A stretch of DNA of 64,000 nt, from positions 69,626,001-69,690,000 of the forward strand of contig NC_042997.1 in assembly GCF_006345805.1 (NCBI RefSeq), given 5' to 3'. Every line of letters begins with the position of its first letter. Position 1 is the stretch's first letter. A program made the translations under genes and the position numbers. Origin of the DNA: Octopus sinensis. Its lineage: Eukaryota. The notes below the pieces were generated by a model that was not told the origin of the DNA, ran no database searches, and saw only the letters and a list, made by a program, of their open reading frames with translations. Positions 13,920 through 26,114 of this stretch are shown piece after piece.

Positions 13920-14092
13920 AGAAAGGCAATATTTATTTCGTCCCTCTTTACGTTCTGAGTTCAAATCCCGCCGAGGTCGCCTTTCACCCTTTTCGGGGTC
14001 GATAAAATGAATACCATTTGAGCATTGGGGCTCATGTAATTGACTTACTCCTTCCCCCAAAATTTCAGGCCTTGTGCCTATTGTAGAAAGGA
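13920..14092 (+). mobile_element. SINE family B, 5'-truncated
   Basis: TTACGTTCTGAGTTCAAATCCCGCCGAGGTC...TTTCGGGGTCGATAAAAT...GGCCTTGTGCC. Confidence 0.8.
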
Positions 14093-14322
14093 ATATTTAT
14101 TAACCACCCAGTCAAATATGTCCCAAACTTTTGATCAACTTTTGTTTATCAGAGACTTGACGCTTACGCCAGTCGAATACGTTTAATCAGAAGAGGTTTA
14201 TCTGATGAAAAGTTATGACTTCCTTTCTTCCTTTCTCCAAAGTAGGGCAGCATCCTTTATCTTATGCTTGTTTCAGTCATTGGACTGCAGTCACGCTGGG
14301 GTACTGCCTAAAAAAGTTTAGT

Positions 14323-14573
14323 CCAGTGGTTCTCAATCAATGTCCATGTGAGCCTTGGGGGTCCATGTAAGATTCTGTTAAAATTTATGTCCAATAAATT
14401 CATTATTCTTCTACAATACAGAAAATATTTTAACAATTTTTTTTATAGAATTCCTAATATTTGATTCTAAAAATATTATAGGATTTTGTTAAAAATCAAA
14501 TGGCTAAGAGAGGTCATCCAAGTAAAATAGGAATCAAAAGGGTCCATAGGTAAAAAAAAAGTTGAGACAATGG
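14323..14573. mobile_element. hAT-type MITE inserted in a minus-strand SINE A (~14260-14897)
   Basis: CAGTGGTTCTCAA ... TTGAGACAATGG termini; internal GGGGTCCAT/AATAGGAATCAA motifs shared with 36962-37030; SINE A sequence resumes on both sides. Confidence 0.6.
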
Positions 14574-15329
14574 TTTAATCGAATAAATTGACCCTAGCCC
14601 TTTTTATTTATTTCTTTTTTTTAAAAGCCAGATACTTCTTTGTCGAACCCCTCAGATGTTAAGCGATGTCAAGGGACGAAGACAAATATAAAGACAAGCA
14701 TACACATATACACATGTGTATATGTATATATATGACAATCTTTTTTCTGTTTACGTCTATCAAATCCACACATAAGGTTTTAGTTAGTCTTAGGCATATA
14801 GTAGAAGACATTTCCCAAGGCACCAGACCGTAGGACTGAAACCGAAACCGTGTAGTTGGAAATCAAACTTCTTACCACGCTACAAACGCCTGCACCTAGG
14901 ATACTTGTAGCTTCATCGAAATATAGAAAAGGAGAAACTGTTTTATTAGTCATACGTTTGGTCTAGCTTTGAGAATGGAATAACGTTAAAAGAAAAATAT
15001 ATGAAAGAAAAGAAGACCTTGGATACACAATGATTCTCAAAAAGCGGAATGGTCACAGTTGACATGTGTCCTTTTGCTTGGGAGAGGACAAGGGATAAAC
15101 CAAAACAACAACGCCTCCTGCTAATATGACCATTTAGACTGCTAGGAATGGCAGCCAAATTTCCTTCCAACCACATCATACCATCTTTAAAGAGTAAGGA
15201 GTGACACATTAGGTAATAGGAGCAAAAATACGGTGAGGGATTGTCGCCGAAGTAGTGCCATCGCTTAAGGGGTTTCTTAAAAACAGCAGCGACCGTCAAA
15301 AAGTGTATGGTCGTTGTTATATTGGTTTC

Positions 15330-15920
15330 AAATTTTGACTCAAGACCAGTGATTTCGGAGAAGTGGGGGATAAATCGAATACATCTACCCCAGTGCTGAG
15401 CATCTTTCGTGGCGTGGTAACGGTTCTGCCAGCTCACCGCCTCATAAACTTTCTTATATTAATATAGGTTATATTAAAATGCGGTGAGCTGGCAGAATCG
15501 TTAGCACGCCGGCCAAAATGCTTAGTGGCATTTCGCCCTTATTTAAGTTCCGGGTTCAAATGCCGCCGAGGTTGACTTTGAATTTCATCATTTCGGGGTC
15601 ATATGATAATATATGATAAGGGGTTAGTCGATATAATCAACTAGCCACCAACCACAAAACTTCAAAACTTTCTATCAAGTAGACTGCGGCCATGGTGGAG
15701 CATGTGTAAGGCATTAAGCTGGAATACTCCTTAGTGCGGATTAATGCTTGGCGCGGACAAAATGTTTGGTATTTCTTCAGGTTCTTTACGTCCTGACGTC
15801 GGTGTTGCCTTTCATCATTTCGGCGTCGACAACATAAGTACCAGTCAGGTACTGGGGCTGATGTACTCGACTTAACCCTCCCCTCAAAATTGCAAGCCTT
15901 GTACCAAAATTAAAGAATAT
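15330..15920. mobile_element. Cluster of three SINE B copies (one minus, two plus; head-to-head pair around 15445-15480)
   Basis: TTCTGCCAGCTCACCGCC (minus head) faces GCGGTGAGCTGGCAGAA (plus head); core motifs at ~15570-15600 and ~15805-15850. Confidence 0.75.
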
Positions 15921-16370
15921 ATTATAATCATCCAAATTTTTACCATAACGCCACTTACACACACACACACGCGCGCGCGCGCGCACGAGCATACACACAC
16001 ACATACACACACACATACACACACACACAGTCATATTCATATTCGTTTATACTTACTCTGTTATAAGTTTCAGTGTCTTGATTGTGGCTATACTAGAATA
16101 CCGCCTTCAGGGTATTTTAGTCGCTCTTGTCAACGAACTCAGCGATTTCAGGCTGTTACTCATTTTATCGATCATTTTACGTGTTAAGACGTACAAATTA
16201 AACAGCACCTGTTTCTAGCCGGATATAAGCATAAACATTCAGGCGGTGCTCCACCATGGCCGCAGTCAAATGTCTGAAACAAATAAAAGAATGTGTATGC
16301 ATGTATTATGTGTGTGTGTGTATACACATATATATATATATATATATATAATATATATATATATACAAAC

Positions 16371-16428
<58 letters not shown>

Positions 16429-16484
16429 ATATATATATATATACAAACATATATATATACATACATGCATACATACATACATAC

Positions 16485-16515
<31 letters not shown>

Positions 16516-16551
16516 TTATATACACACACACACACGCACACACACACACAC

Positions 16552-16592
<41 letters not shown>

Positions 16593-17193
16593 AAACATTC
16601 AAACACTGAGAAATTTTAAAATTGATGATATCACCAGCAGTGACATAGGTGGATCGCATGCGCAATAGCATTAAATAGCTATGAATTATAAATTTGTTCG
16701 ACGCCTATGGATGCTTAACAAGCATCCACCTGCCAGAAATAAGAACTAAAGTCTTAAATTTATCCACTGTACTGCACCAAGATAAAAGAGAAAAACAGTA
16801 TGCAAGGTAAACAGAAAGGATTAACCCCTTACCCAACAATTATTTTGAAAATAAATGTATTTTTTCAGACATATTTTTTTATTGTTTTATTTTACTATGT
16901 TTTGAATGGTGATTTCGAGGTATATTTCAAACCTTATTTATTATGAATTTTAATTCAATAATATTGATTTTAAATTACCGCTTTGGGCAGAAACGAGTTA
17001 ACCCGTTTTTTTCATAAAAAGAGTTTATAATAGACAAAGGAACTCGTTTGCTGTCGATTTTGGCGAGTCTATCTTTTGACGAGTTAACTCGCCAGAGATA
17101 GAAAAAAACGATTTCGGTCAAAACGCATATATTCGTTTCTGCCGGGTAAGTGGTTAAAACATTTATCAGCACAAATAAAAATATTATGCAATT

Positions 17194-17259
<66 letters not shown>

Positions 17260-17399
17260 ATAAATATCGTGTACATTAAGACACATCAAGAGGCTTCCAA
17301 ATATGAAAGCCTTGTGCTAGAAAGAGCAGTAGAAAACTCAAACCACTAATTAAGGATAAATTCTCGAAAGGAATGAAAATTAAAAACGTTTACCATCTC

Positions 17400-17441
<42 letters not shown>

Positions 17442-17474
17442 TTATATATATATATATATAATATATATATATTT

Positions 17475-17606
17475 ATTTATTTTATAGAAGGAGCTTCTAC
17501 AGGACTAGAACTGTTTCATTCAAATGAAATCATCAGGAAGCTTCCTGATGATTTCATTTGAATGAAACAGTTCTAGTCCTGTAGAAGCTCCTTCTATAAA
17601 ATAAAT
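17475..17606. repeat. Perfect 132-bp spacerless palindrome (2 x 66 bp) centred on AAGCTT
   Basis: Arms are exact reverse complements about 17540/17541. Confidence 0.95.
17539..17589 (+). ncRNA. Type I hammerhead ribozyme motif (mirror copy on the minus strand at 17492-17542)
   Basis: Stem I AGCTTC/GAAGCT; core CTGATGA; stem II TTC-ATTT-GAA with a U-U at 10.1/11.1; GAAA; stem III CAG/CTG; GUA cleavage triplet at 17581-17583. Confidence 0.75.
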
Positions 17607-17678
17607 TAATTTACTCTGCTATGTATTGAGTACCTTACTTACTGTGGTTAACCCCGACTCAACCCGGGACCTACATAT

Positions 17679-17738
<60 letters not shown>

Positions 17739-17925
17739 ATACTAAGCAATAAAGGGTTTAGCAACGAATTGCCGTACCACATACCGAATTTAGAAATAGC
17801 AGTCAAAGAGTTATAGCTATTTCTTCTACTAAAAAGGGAGATCTCAGTAAAAACAGCAATTGGAAGGCAGACACTTGGTGTAATTGATAATTATTCCAAA
17901 TTAATTAATTTCACCCTTCATTATT

Positions 17926-17981
<56 letters not shown>

Positions 17982-18256
17982 GCATACACATACACACAGT
18001 AAAATGTATATGTATATATATATATTATTAAGTTTGTTCAGAGTTGCTTCTCTTAGGTACTTCCCATTGACAAGAGTCAAAAACTCGAAATATCGGTGTC
18101 TGAGATTCCCGAGAGATAGCGACACAGAACGAAGCGGGTATTTTTACATCTTTTTACCGTAAGAAAGATTTTTTTTGTCCACGGTAACTGCGGTGTATTT
18201 GCCTTTAATCGTTGAAATATGTGACAGACATATTTCAACTAACCTAAGTTCTGTTG

Positions 18257-18590
<334 letters not shown>

Positions 18591-18627
18591 ATGCATATTC
18601 ATGTGTGTGTATATATACATGTATGTG

Positions 18628-18659
<32 letters not shown>

Positions 18660-18861
18660 ATATATATTATATATATATATATGTGTGTGTGTGTGTATGT
18701 ATGTATGTAGCTGCGATGTGTCCCTAAAGTAACCACTTTTGAAATGGTTGGATTGGGTTTTAAAAAGCGTATTTAATTTTACTTTATTACAAATAAATTT
18801 CATACATTAATTTTTTGTGTGTGTATGTGTGCTCGTGTATGTGATTATCCACGTATATACA

Positions 18862-19490
18862 CACTAGCTGAATAGTCCGTCCGATGCCGGCTAATTTTTA
18901 CAATAAAATGTCTTACATAATTTTTTGTTTAATCCATGTCAAACCATGTCTTCCCAGACAGATAAGTCTCTTGATCAGGACAGATTTGTGCAATTTTTCG
19001 AAAACTACTTAGTTGCGGATTTCTTTTTTCTGTTCGACCATTTCACGTGACTTTCTTCATTAAAACTTACTAAAATTTTAGAAGTTCTAACAACTTTGGT
19101 TGTCGTAATGCTTTACTTTCGTTTGTTGAATACAATTTCCTCCTCGTAATGAATTTGCTTTCATTTTGTGACAGACAGTTATCATGCAGAAAAAGCCGGC
19201 TTCCAAACCCTGTTTTCTGTTTAGTTAAAATTGATTAAACGTTAAACGTCAGTAACATTTTTCTGTAATTTTTCTGGAACAAATATATAGGAAAATGCGA
19301 AAATTATTTCAATATACAAAATTTGAAAATCTTGACGTAACTTTAAAATTTCACAATATCTGACTGCAACAGGGAAGACCCTACAAAAATAGAGAAACAG
19401 TTATAGGACGTCTCACACACACACGCGCACAAACACACATTTACAAACACACACATAGGTAATCACGAGTTTAAAATGATGTATAGTAGA
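18862..19490 (+). mobile_element. Non-autonomous Helitron/Helentron-like element (Lep1/HINE-style ends)
   Basis: Starts ACTAGC...CCGTCC hairpin; ends in a (CA)-rich tract then TATAGTAGA; same layout as 37313-37850. Confidence 0.4.
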
Positions 19491-19512
19491 CATATATATG
19501 TATGTATGTATG

Positions 19513-19543
<31 letters not shown>

Positions 19544-20280
19544 CTCTCTGTGTGTGTGTGTGTGTGTGTGTACGTGTGTGTGTGTGCGTGTCTGTGTATG
19601 TGTTTCTTTGCGATGGACAGTAGAAAAGCCACCTACCCTCTCCCTCCTTAAAGCTACGTATTCCTCACACACACTTTCTTTCCTTTCTTCGGCATTTTAA
19701 ATGTGTGTATGCATTTATCTATGTATTTACGAAAGTATGTATGCAGCGTCGCGTGTATATGACGGCTGTATTAACGTTAACATCCCATGGCCACTCCCTA
19801 TTTACCCCGCACTAACACTCTTTGCACCCTTCTCATTTTATCATACAATAGCCTAACCCCACTAGGGGACCCATTATAGATTTTTATTGAAATCCAATTA
19901 GCCTATATTTGAACTGGATGCTAGTTTTACACGTATGCAAAGTTCCTTCAAGATTAGTTTACTGGTGTAGACAGCAAGATGGTAACAGACAGACAGAAAT
20001 TTTCACTTATATTCTTTTATTCTTTTACTCATTTGACTTCGGCCAAGGTGGAACACCGCCTTGCAGGGTGTTAGTCGAAGAAATCGACGCCAGACCTATT
20101 TTTTGTAAGCCTAATACTTATTCTATCGGTTTCTTTTGCCGAAACGCTAAGTTGCAGTGACATAAACACATCAACACCGGTTGTCTTGCGATGGGGTGAG
20201 GACAAACAAAAACACAAAAACACATACATAATTATATACATACATACATACATACATACATACATACATACATACATACA

Positions 20281-20314
<34 letters not shown>

Positions 20315-20474
20315 CATACATGTGTATCGGACCACGGTAATGGTAACATCGTTCTTTTCGTCTGCTGTAAAGCTTAATTCTCAACACGCCAGCTGAATTC
20401 AATTCGTCTCCAGTCGAAAGACGCATGTTGCTAATATCCTGTTATTATTATTATTATTATTATTGTTTTTTTGT

Positions 20475-20725
20475 ATTTATATTCGTGTAACATCGTCCGT
20501 TTTTTTTTGTCCTTGTTTCGTATACATTCGATCCTTTTTCCAAGGAATCTAATGCTCATACTTCAGTTTTTCCTTGGGGCTGGCCAGATTGGAGCAATCT
20601 CAAGATTAATCAGCCGAAATTGCGAGGATGATCCGGTTCTTGACTGAAGATTAAAGGCTTCGAATGACCCGTCCGTGTTTTTTGCATCGTCTATTTGGAT
20701 GTTTTGCGTTCTTGTCCCATTTTGT
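20475..20725 (+). mobile_element. Small non-coding repeat carrying a permuted hammerhead (homologous to ~22060-22172 and ~55380-55615, both minus)
   Basis: Shared GACTGAAGA...CGAATGACCCGTCC...ATCGTCTAT...TTGTCC sequence; ends in (TA)n. Confidence 0.65.
20584..20659 (+). ncRNA. Non-circularly permuted (pseudoknotted) hammerhead candidate, copy 1
   Basis: GCAAT-C-TCAAGA ... AGCC-GAA-ATTGC ... TCTTGA-CTGAAGA-(5 nt)-GGCT; stems I, II and III fully paired. Confidence 0.65.
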
Positions 20726-21234
20726 ATATATATACATATATATATATATATATTTCGTTTCTTTTCTGTTCTCCAAGTAAGTTTTTATATATAATTATGA
20801 CGCGAAACTCTGTAACCCTTTGCTTGACCTTCCCTTCCTTCCTGTCTGTCTTCCTCTTTGCCTTCTCTCTCCTTCTTATTTTTCACCCTTCTGGTTTCCT
20901 TTCCTCTCTATCTCTCTCTCACTCTCACTCCTCCTCATCTCTCACACAGCCGAGTCGACCACTTCCTTTCGCTGGCGGCCTCCTACAAGTGAACATGCTT
21001 TTTTCCTGCGCTCTTGAATTTTTCCATCGTTTAGGCTAAAAAAAGGCCCTCAATGTTTGTTTCCTTGTCCTGTTTTTATTCTTTATTTGTACTGTATTTT
21101 TTTGTATTTGAATTTTCATTTTGTATTTGTTTTTTATTTGTATTGTTTTTACGTCCTGTTTTTGTCACATTTTTTTCTTTCCTTGTTTTTACTCCTCTGC
21201 AAAGGAATTTTATTTAATTCTTTCGGAGGAAGGG

Positions 21235-21312
21235 CTAGTTCGACGAGTTGTGTTCTGTCCTTACCTTCGAAACACGCATGGAGTCGAACTAGGGACAGCT
21301 GATGAAGGGGAA
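21235..21312 (+). ncRNA. Non-circularly permuted hammerhead candidate, copy 2 (divergent)
   Basis: CTAGTTCGAC/GTCGAACTAG outer helix; GTGT-T-CTGTCC ... TTC-GAA-ACAC ... GGACAG-CTGATGA-(4 nt)-GAA. Confidence 0.6.
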
Positions 21313-21570
21313 TTTTCCTTGTATTGTTTGTCTTGTACTCTGTTTTTTCGTTGTTAAAAAAAGTCCGTTTCCATGTTTGTTTTTACGTTTTCGTTTCTCG
21401 TTGAGTTCTACGTCTACTTGTGGTGTCCTGTACTCACATATATATATTTATATATGCATGTATATATACATGTAGATGTAGGTACGTACATATATGTATG
21501 TATGCACATATTTTATTTATTAATTTATTGCATGACTGAGCGCCCTCGCGTCGTTTCGTTTCTTTTCTGT

Positions 21571-21634
<64 letters not shown>

Positions 21635-21700
21635 TATACATATATATATACATATATATATATATATACATATATATGTATATATATAAGTGTGTGTGTG

Positions 21701-22014
21701 TGGAGGAGCAATAGCCCAGTGGTTAGGGCAGCGAACTCGCGGTCGTAGGATCGCGGTTTCGATTCCCAGACCGGGCGTTGTGAGTGTTTATTGAGCGAAT
21801 ACACCTAAAAAAAGCTACTCGAAGCTCCGGCATTGGGTGGTGGCGATCCCTGCAGTACTCCTTCGCCACAACTTTCTCTCACTCTTTCTTCTGTAGGCCT
21901 GCACGCTTAGTCAGCGGGGTGATGTCATTTGAAGGCTAAAAGAATGCGAAGCGCATTGTGACCAGCGATGTATAGCAACATCTGATAGCCTGGTCGGTCA
22001 CGGTGATCACGGTG

Positions 22015-22015
<1 letters not shown>
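21701..22015 (+). mobile_element. tRNA-derived SINE family C, apparently full length
   Basis: A box TAGCCCAGTGG, B box GTTTCGATTCCC; 3' tail of tandem CACGGTGAT followed by (TA)n. Confidence 0.75.
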
Positions 22016-22061
<46 letters not shown>

Positions 22062-22171
22062 GTAAAAAATAAATACAAACATGGACAAGAACAGAAACAC
22101 CAAGGAGACGACACAAGAACCACAGGACGGGACATTCGAAGCCCTCAGTCATCAGTCAAGAACCAGATCAT

Positions 22172-22322
22172 CGGGCTTCTGCCTACCAAATCCATTTAAT
22201 CAGCTTTAATCAGCACGAGGCTATAGTAGAAGACACTTGCCCAAGGTGCCACGCAGCTGGACAGAACTCGGAACTATGTGGTTAAGAGGTAAGCTTCTTA
22301 CCACTCAGCTACGCCTGTGCCT
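22172..22322 (-). mobile_element. SINE family A, 5' half
   Basis: GCTATAGTAGAAGACACTTGCCCAAGGTGCCACGCAG on the plus strand. Confidence 0.8.
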
Positions 22323-22525
22323 GTATCATTTATAATCGTCAGAAGATGGAGAGTGACACAAGGACCTAGAGTCTCGTGCGTTTGATAATTGCCAACGCAC
22401 GAAACTCTCGGCCCTTGAGTCACAGTTTAACTTCTGCCGATTATCAATAAAAAACGAATACGCATTTTATTCTCGTGTTTGCATCACCAAACCTGTGTAT
22501 GTGTGTGTGTGTGTGGTTGTGTGTG

Positions 22526-22567
<42 letters not shown>

Positions 22568-23057
22568 TGTCTGTGTGTCTGTGTGTGTGCGCGCGTGCGT
22601 GCGTGTTCTTGCTTTAAGAATATGTATTGTTCATTCTTATTATTTGAAATCGTCTGGTCATTTCAGCAAAATCCTGTCTACAGAATTGGCTCTCTCTCCC
22701 TCCCTCTCTCTCTCTTCCCCTCTCTCTCTCTCTTCTTTTCTGTTTATCAATAATTTATTGGTCAACTTGTTCACCGAACTACACAGCGAATTTCTAAAAG
22801 CACCTTAACTTAGCGGTTCGGCTTAAGAGACGTATAGAATGAATACTGGTGCCGATTACTTCGACTAAACCCTTCAAGACTGTCCCAGCATGGCCGCAAT
22901 CCAATAACTGAAACAAGTAAACAGAGAAAAAGAAAATATATATATGCGCGCACGCACACACACACACACACACACATACATATACATACTTATATACATG
23001 TATATAGACGTTGACATTTTCCAATCACCGCCCAAACATGAATTTCGCATCTCTCTC

Positions 23058-23105
<48 letters not shown>

Positions 23106-24146
23106 CTTCATCCTTAGTTATTTCACTTGACTCCGCCTTCAATTCTTTCTCCAACCATCTTACAAGCAGTTCATATTCCTCCTCCTCCTACACCTCTTTG
23201 TCTCCTGGCTTCATCCCTTCCCTACACTCTTTCCCATCCCCTCTCTCTCTCTTTCCTTCTTCTGTTTCCTCTCTCTCCATCTGTTCAGTCCTCTATTATT
23301 TTACTATGTCCTGCCTTCACCAGCCTCCAACCATTTTCCTTCGAGCCTAATTTTAATAACTCCGCCTCATCCTGGTTTCCTCCCCATCCACCATCTCAAT
23401 GCAGCTTTCTCCTCTTTCACCTCCTCCTGCATCTTCTCTTCTTTCACACCGTCTTCCTTCACCTCCTCATGACGACCTGCTTTCTGATGCATTACCTTAA
23501 CCGCGTATTCTTCTCCCTCGTCTTTCTCGTTCCTATTCACCTCTTCCTGCAGCTCTTACTCGCTCACTCTCTCTCTCTATAACACACACACACATTCTCT
23601 CTCTGTTACACATACACAAACTTCATGCCACGCCTCCCACTTTTTCTCCTCCTACCTGTCATCTGCTACAGTTTTACCGTGTCTGTGTGTTTGCTTATCT
23701 AATTCGATACATTCACAGTCGACAGTATACACAAAGCGAAGGGATATCAGTCACTAGGAAGCATTTCTATCAACTGGTAACAGCAGTTGGCAGTATATAC
23801 GTATATAATAAGAGAGTCTATGTAACGGAGGAAGTATTTCTAAGCAGTGTCGCTCAGTTAGCTAGAAATAGCAGCTAAATATCATTCACATTAGACTTTG
23901 CTGTCTATTATAGCGAAGCCTGTATTTACAATCTGGTCTCAAATACAGGGAAATGACTAGATAATCAAAGTTGATTATCGGTCTGTTTGGTCATGGCTGA
24001 CCTGGGGCTAAATAATGACAGCCACCTGATCATCTCTCTCTCTCTCTGTCTTTGTTTCTCTCCTTCTTTCTTTCCTTCTGTATCTGCTTGTCTCCCTCAG
24101 TCTTTGTCTCTGTCTGTCTCTCTGTTTCTATCTGTCTGTCTCTCTA

Positions 24147-24241
<95 letters not shown>

Positions 24242-24404
24242 CTCTCTCTCGCCCTCGAAATTATACATTCACTACTTCCACGTCACATATTGTCCTTTTC
24301 TGTTCTTCATTTCCTCTTTAAAAATAGTCGAATAAAGCGTAGAATACGTTCATTCATGTTATACATTGTTGCAAATTTATATTACATGCATATATTAACT
24401 AACG

Positions 24405-24499
<95 letters not shown>

Positions 24500-24926
24500 C
24501 GCACGCGCGCGCGCATGCATGTGGTTTTTATTTCCATATACTTCGGAATGACCACAAAACCAAATATTAATATTTTGAATGTATTTAACATGTGCGTCTG
24601 CAATAGTTACATAACAATAACTTAATATAGAACAAAAAAACTTCGTCAGTCGACATTTCATGACAGGAAGGTATCTTTTATCTTTTAATTATTTTATACG
24701 ATGGACAGCGGTCATGCTGGGGCAGCCTGGTACTTATTCTATCGGTCTCTTTTGCAGAACCGTTGATATACGGCTAATATACATAAACAAACCAACAGCG
24801 AGCAACAAACATAGACAAGCACGCAGAAACATATATATATATATCTTAGACAACTTAGATTGGTTTTGGCCATTATCGGCTCAGGCTACGACTAACTCAA
24901 TAGCACCACCTGGAAAAGTCTTTTAG

Positions 24927-25740
24927 TTAATTATTTCGGGGCACGATGGACCACCCAAGTAGAGAGTTGTTGTTGGTTGAGACGTATCCAGGTGTAGGTC
25001 GTTTATCCGGTATTTCCTGGAGGAATTTGTCTAGGTACCGTTTGAAAGTTGTGGTGTCTTTTTCTACTTTAATTTCTTTCGGGATAACATTGAAAAGTGC
25101 CGGACCATTTGTAGTGAATAAATTGTGTCGCAATGTTTTTATGTGAAGTGATCTCGATCTTTGTAGGGGACGCATTGCACGGGGGCCTAGTCTTGGGTGC
25201 ATTGTAAACATAATACCGATATCATTTAGATAATATTGGTGGAATATTTTCCACATGGTGCAAATAAGGTATCGCTCACGTCGGCGTTGCAGAGGATAGA
25301 GTTTCAGCTGTTTAAATCGAGTCCAATAATCAAGTATAAATGGCATCATCATGCCATTTATTTTTTTAGTGATTGATCTTTGTGGCGCTTCAATCCTCAT
25401 TATAGCTTGTTTTTTGTAGGGGAACTCGAATGGCAGCAGTATTCGAGGTGGGGGTCTAGCGAATGTGGGGAAGAGAAGGATGATGGCTTCATGATCCCAA
25501 GATTGAAAAGTTCTGAGAATCCAGGTTCTGCGGATAACATCGACTTATTTATTGATACGCACACTCCAGCTAAGGCTCCTGTTGAAGTTACCGAACTCTC
25601 TAATAGTATCCGACGGTTCAAGTAGGTCTCCCGACGGTAGTATGTATGGTTGTTTGAGTGTGCCCTCTTTTCCAAAGTGAATACGCTCAAATTTCTCTTC
25701 GCTCAGCTGAATGTTGTTTTTTGTTTTTTGTGCCCACATA
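24927..25740 (-). mobile_element. CR1-clade LINE 3' end (RT C-terminus), frameshifted
   Basis: PHLEYCC..SSP, IEAPQRSITKKING, DYWTRFKQLKLYPLQRRRERYLI and FKRYLDKFL motifs; ends TAA at 24927. Confidence 0.85.
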
Positions 25741-25742
25741 GG

Positions 25743-25777
<35 letters not shown>

Positions 25778-25888
25778 GAGTGAGTGGACAGACGAAAGAA
25801 AAAGAAAGACACGCAATGCATTAACTGCTGCATAATAGTTTGACTCTTACAGAAACCTATCACATTCGGGCTCATATATATATGTATA

Positions 25889-25921
<33 letters not shown>

Positions 25922-25980
25922 GAGTGTGTGTGTATGTATGTATGTATGTATGTATGTATACACATACATACATACATACA

Positions 25981-26012
<32 letters not shown>

Positions 26013-26042
26013 CATACATACATACAAGCATACATACACACA

Positions 26043-26090
<48 letters not shown>

Positions 26091-26114
26091 TGAAACACCT
26101 TAAATTTCAAACAA

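Noticed and set aside
14150-14222. AGTC-GAA ... CTGATGA ... GACT, a possible further permuted hammerhead
   Set aside because: No GAAA and no convincing stem I or III.
16820-18250. TTAACCC-starting segments at 16820-17200 and 18030-18250, possibly one DNA transposon split by (TA)n insertions
   Set aside because: No matching TIR pair or TSD could be established.
21701-21775. tRNA-like sequence
   Set aside because: Continues into a SINE body and tandem tail; no complete cloverleaf.
23127-23582. 151-aa ORF rich in Leu/Ser/Pro/Phe
   Set aside because: Product of a low-complexity polypyrimidine tract.
23855-23885. Recurrent CTAGAAATAGCAGCCAAA-like motif (also ~660, 17790, 29354, 30204, 42597, 58058)
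   Set aside because: Most simply a conserved block of old dispersed repeats; no independent evidence of regulatory function.
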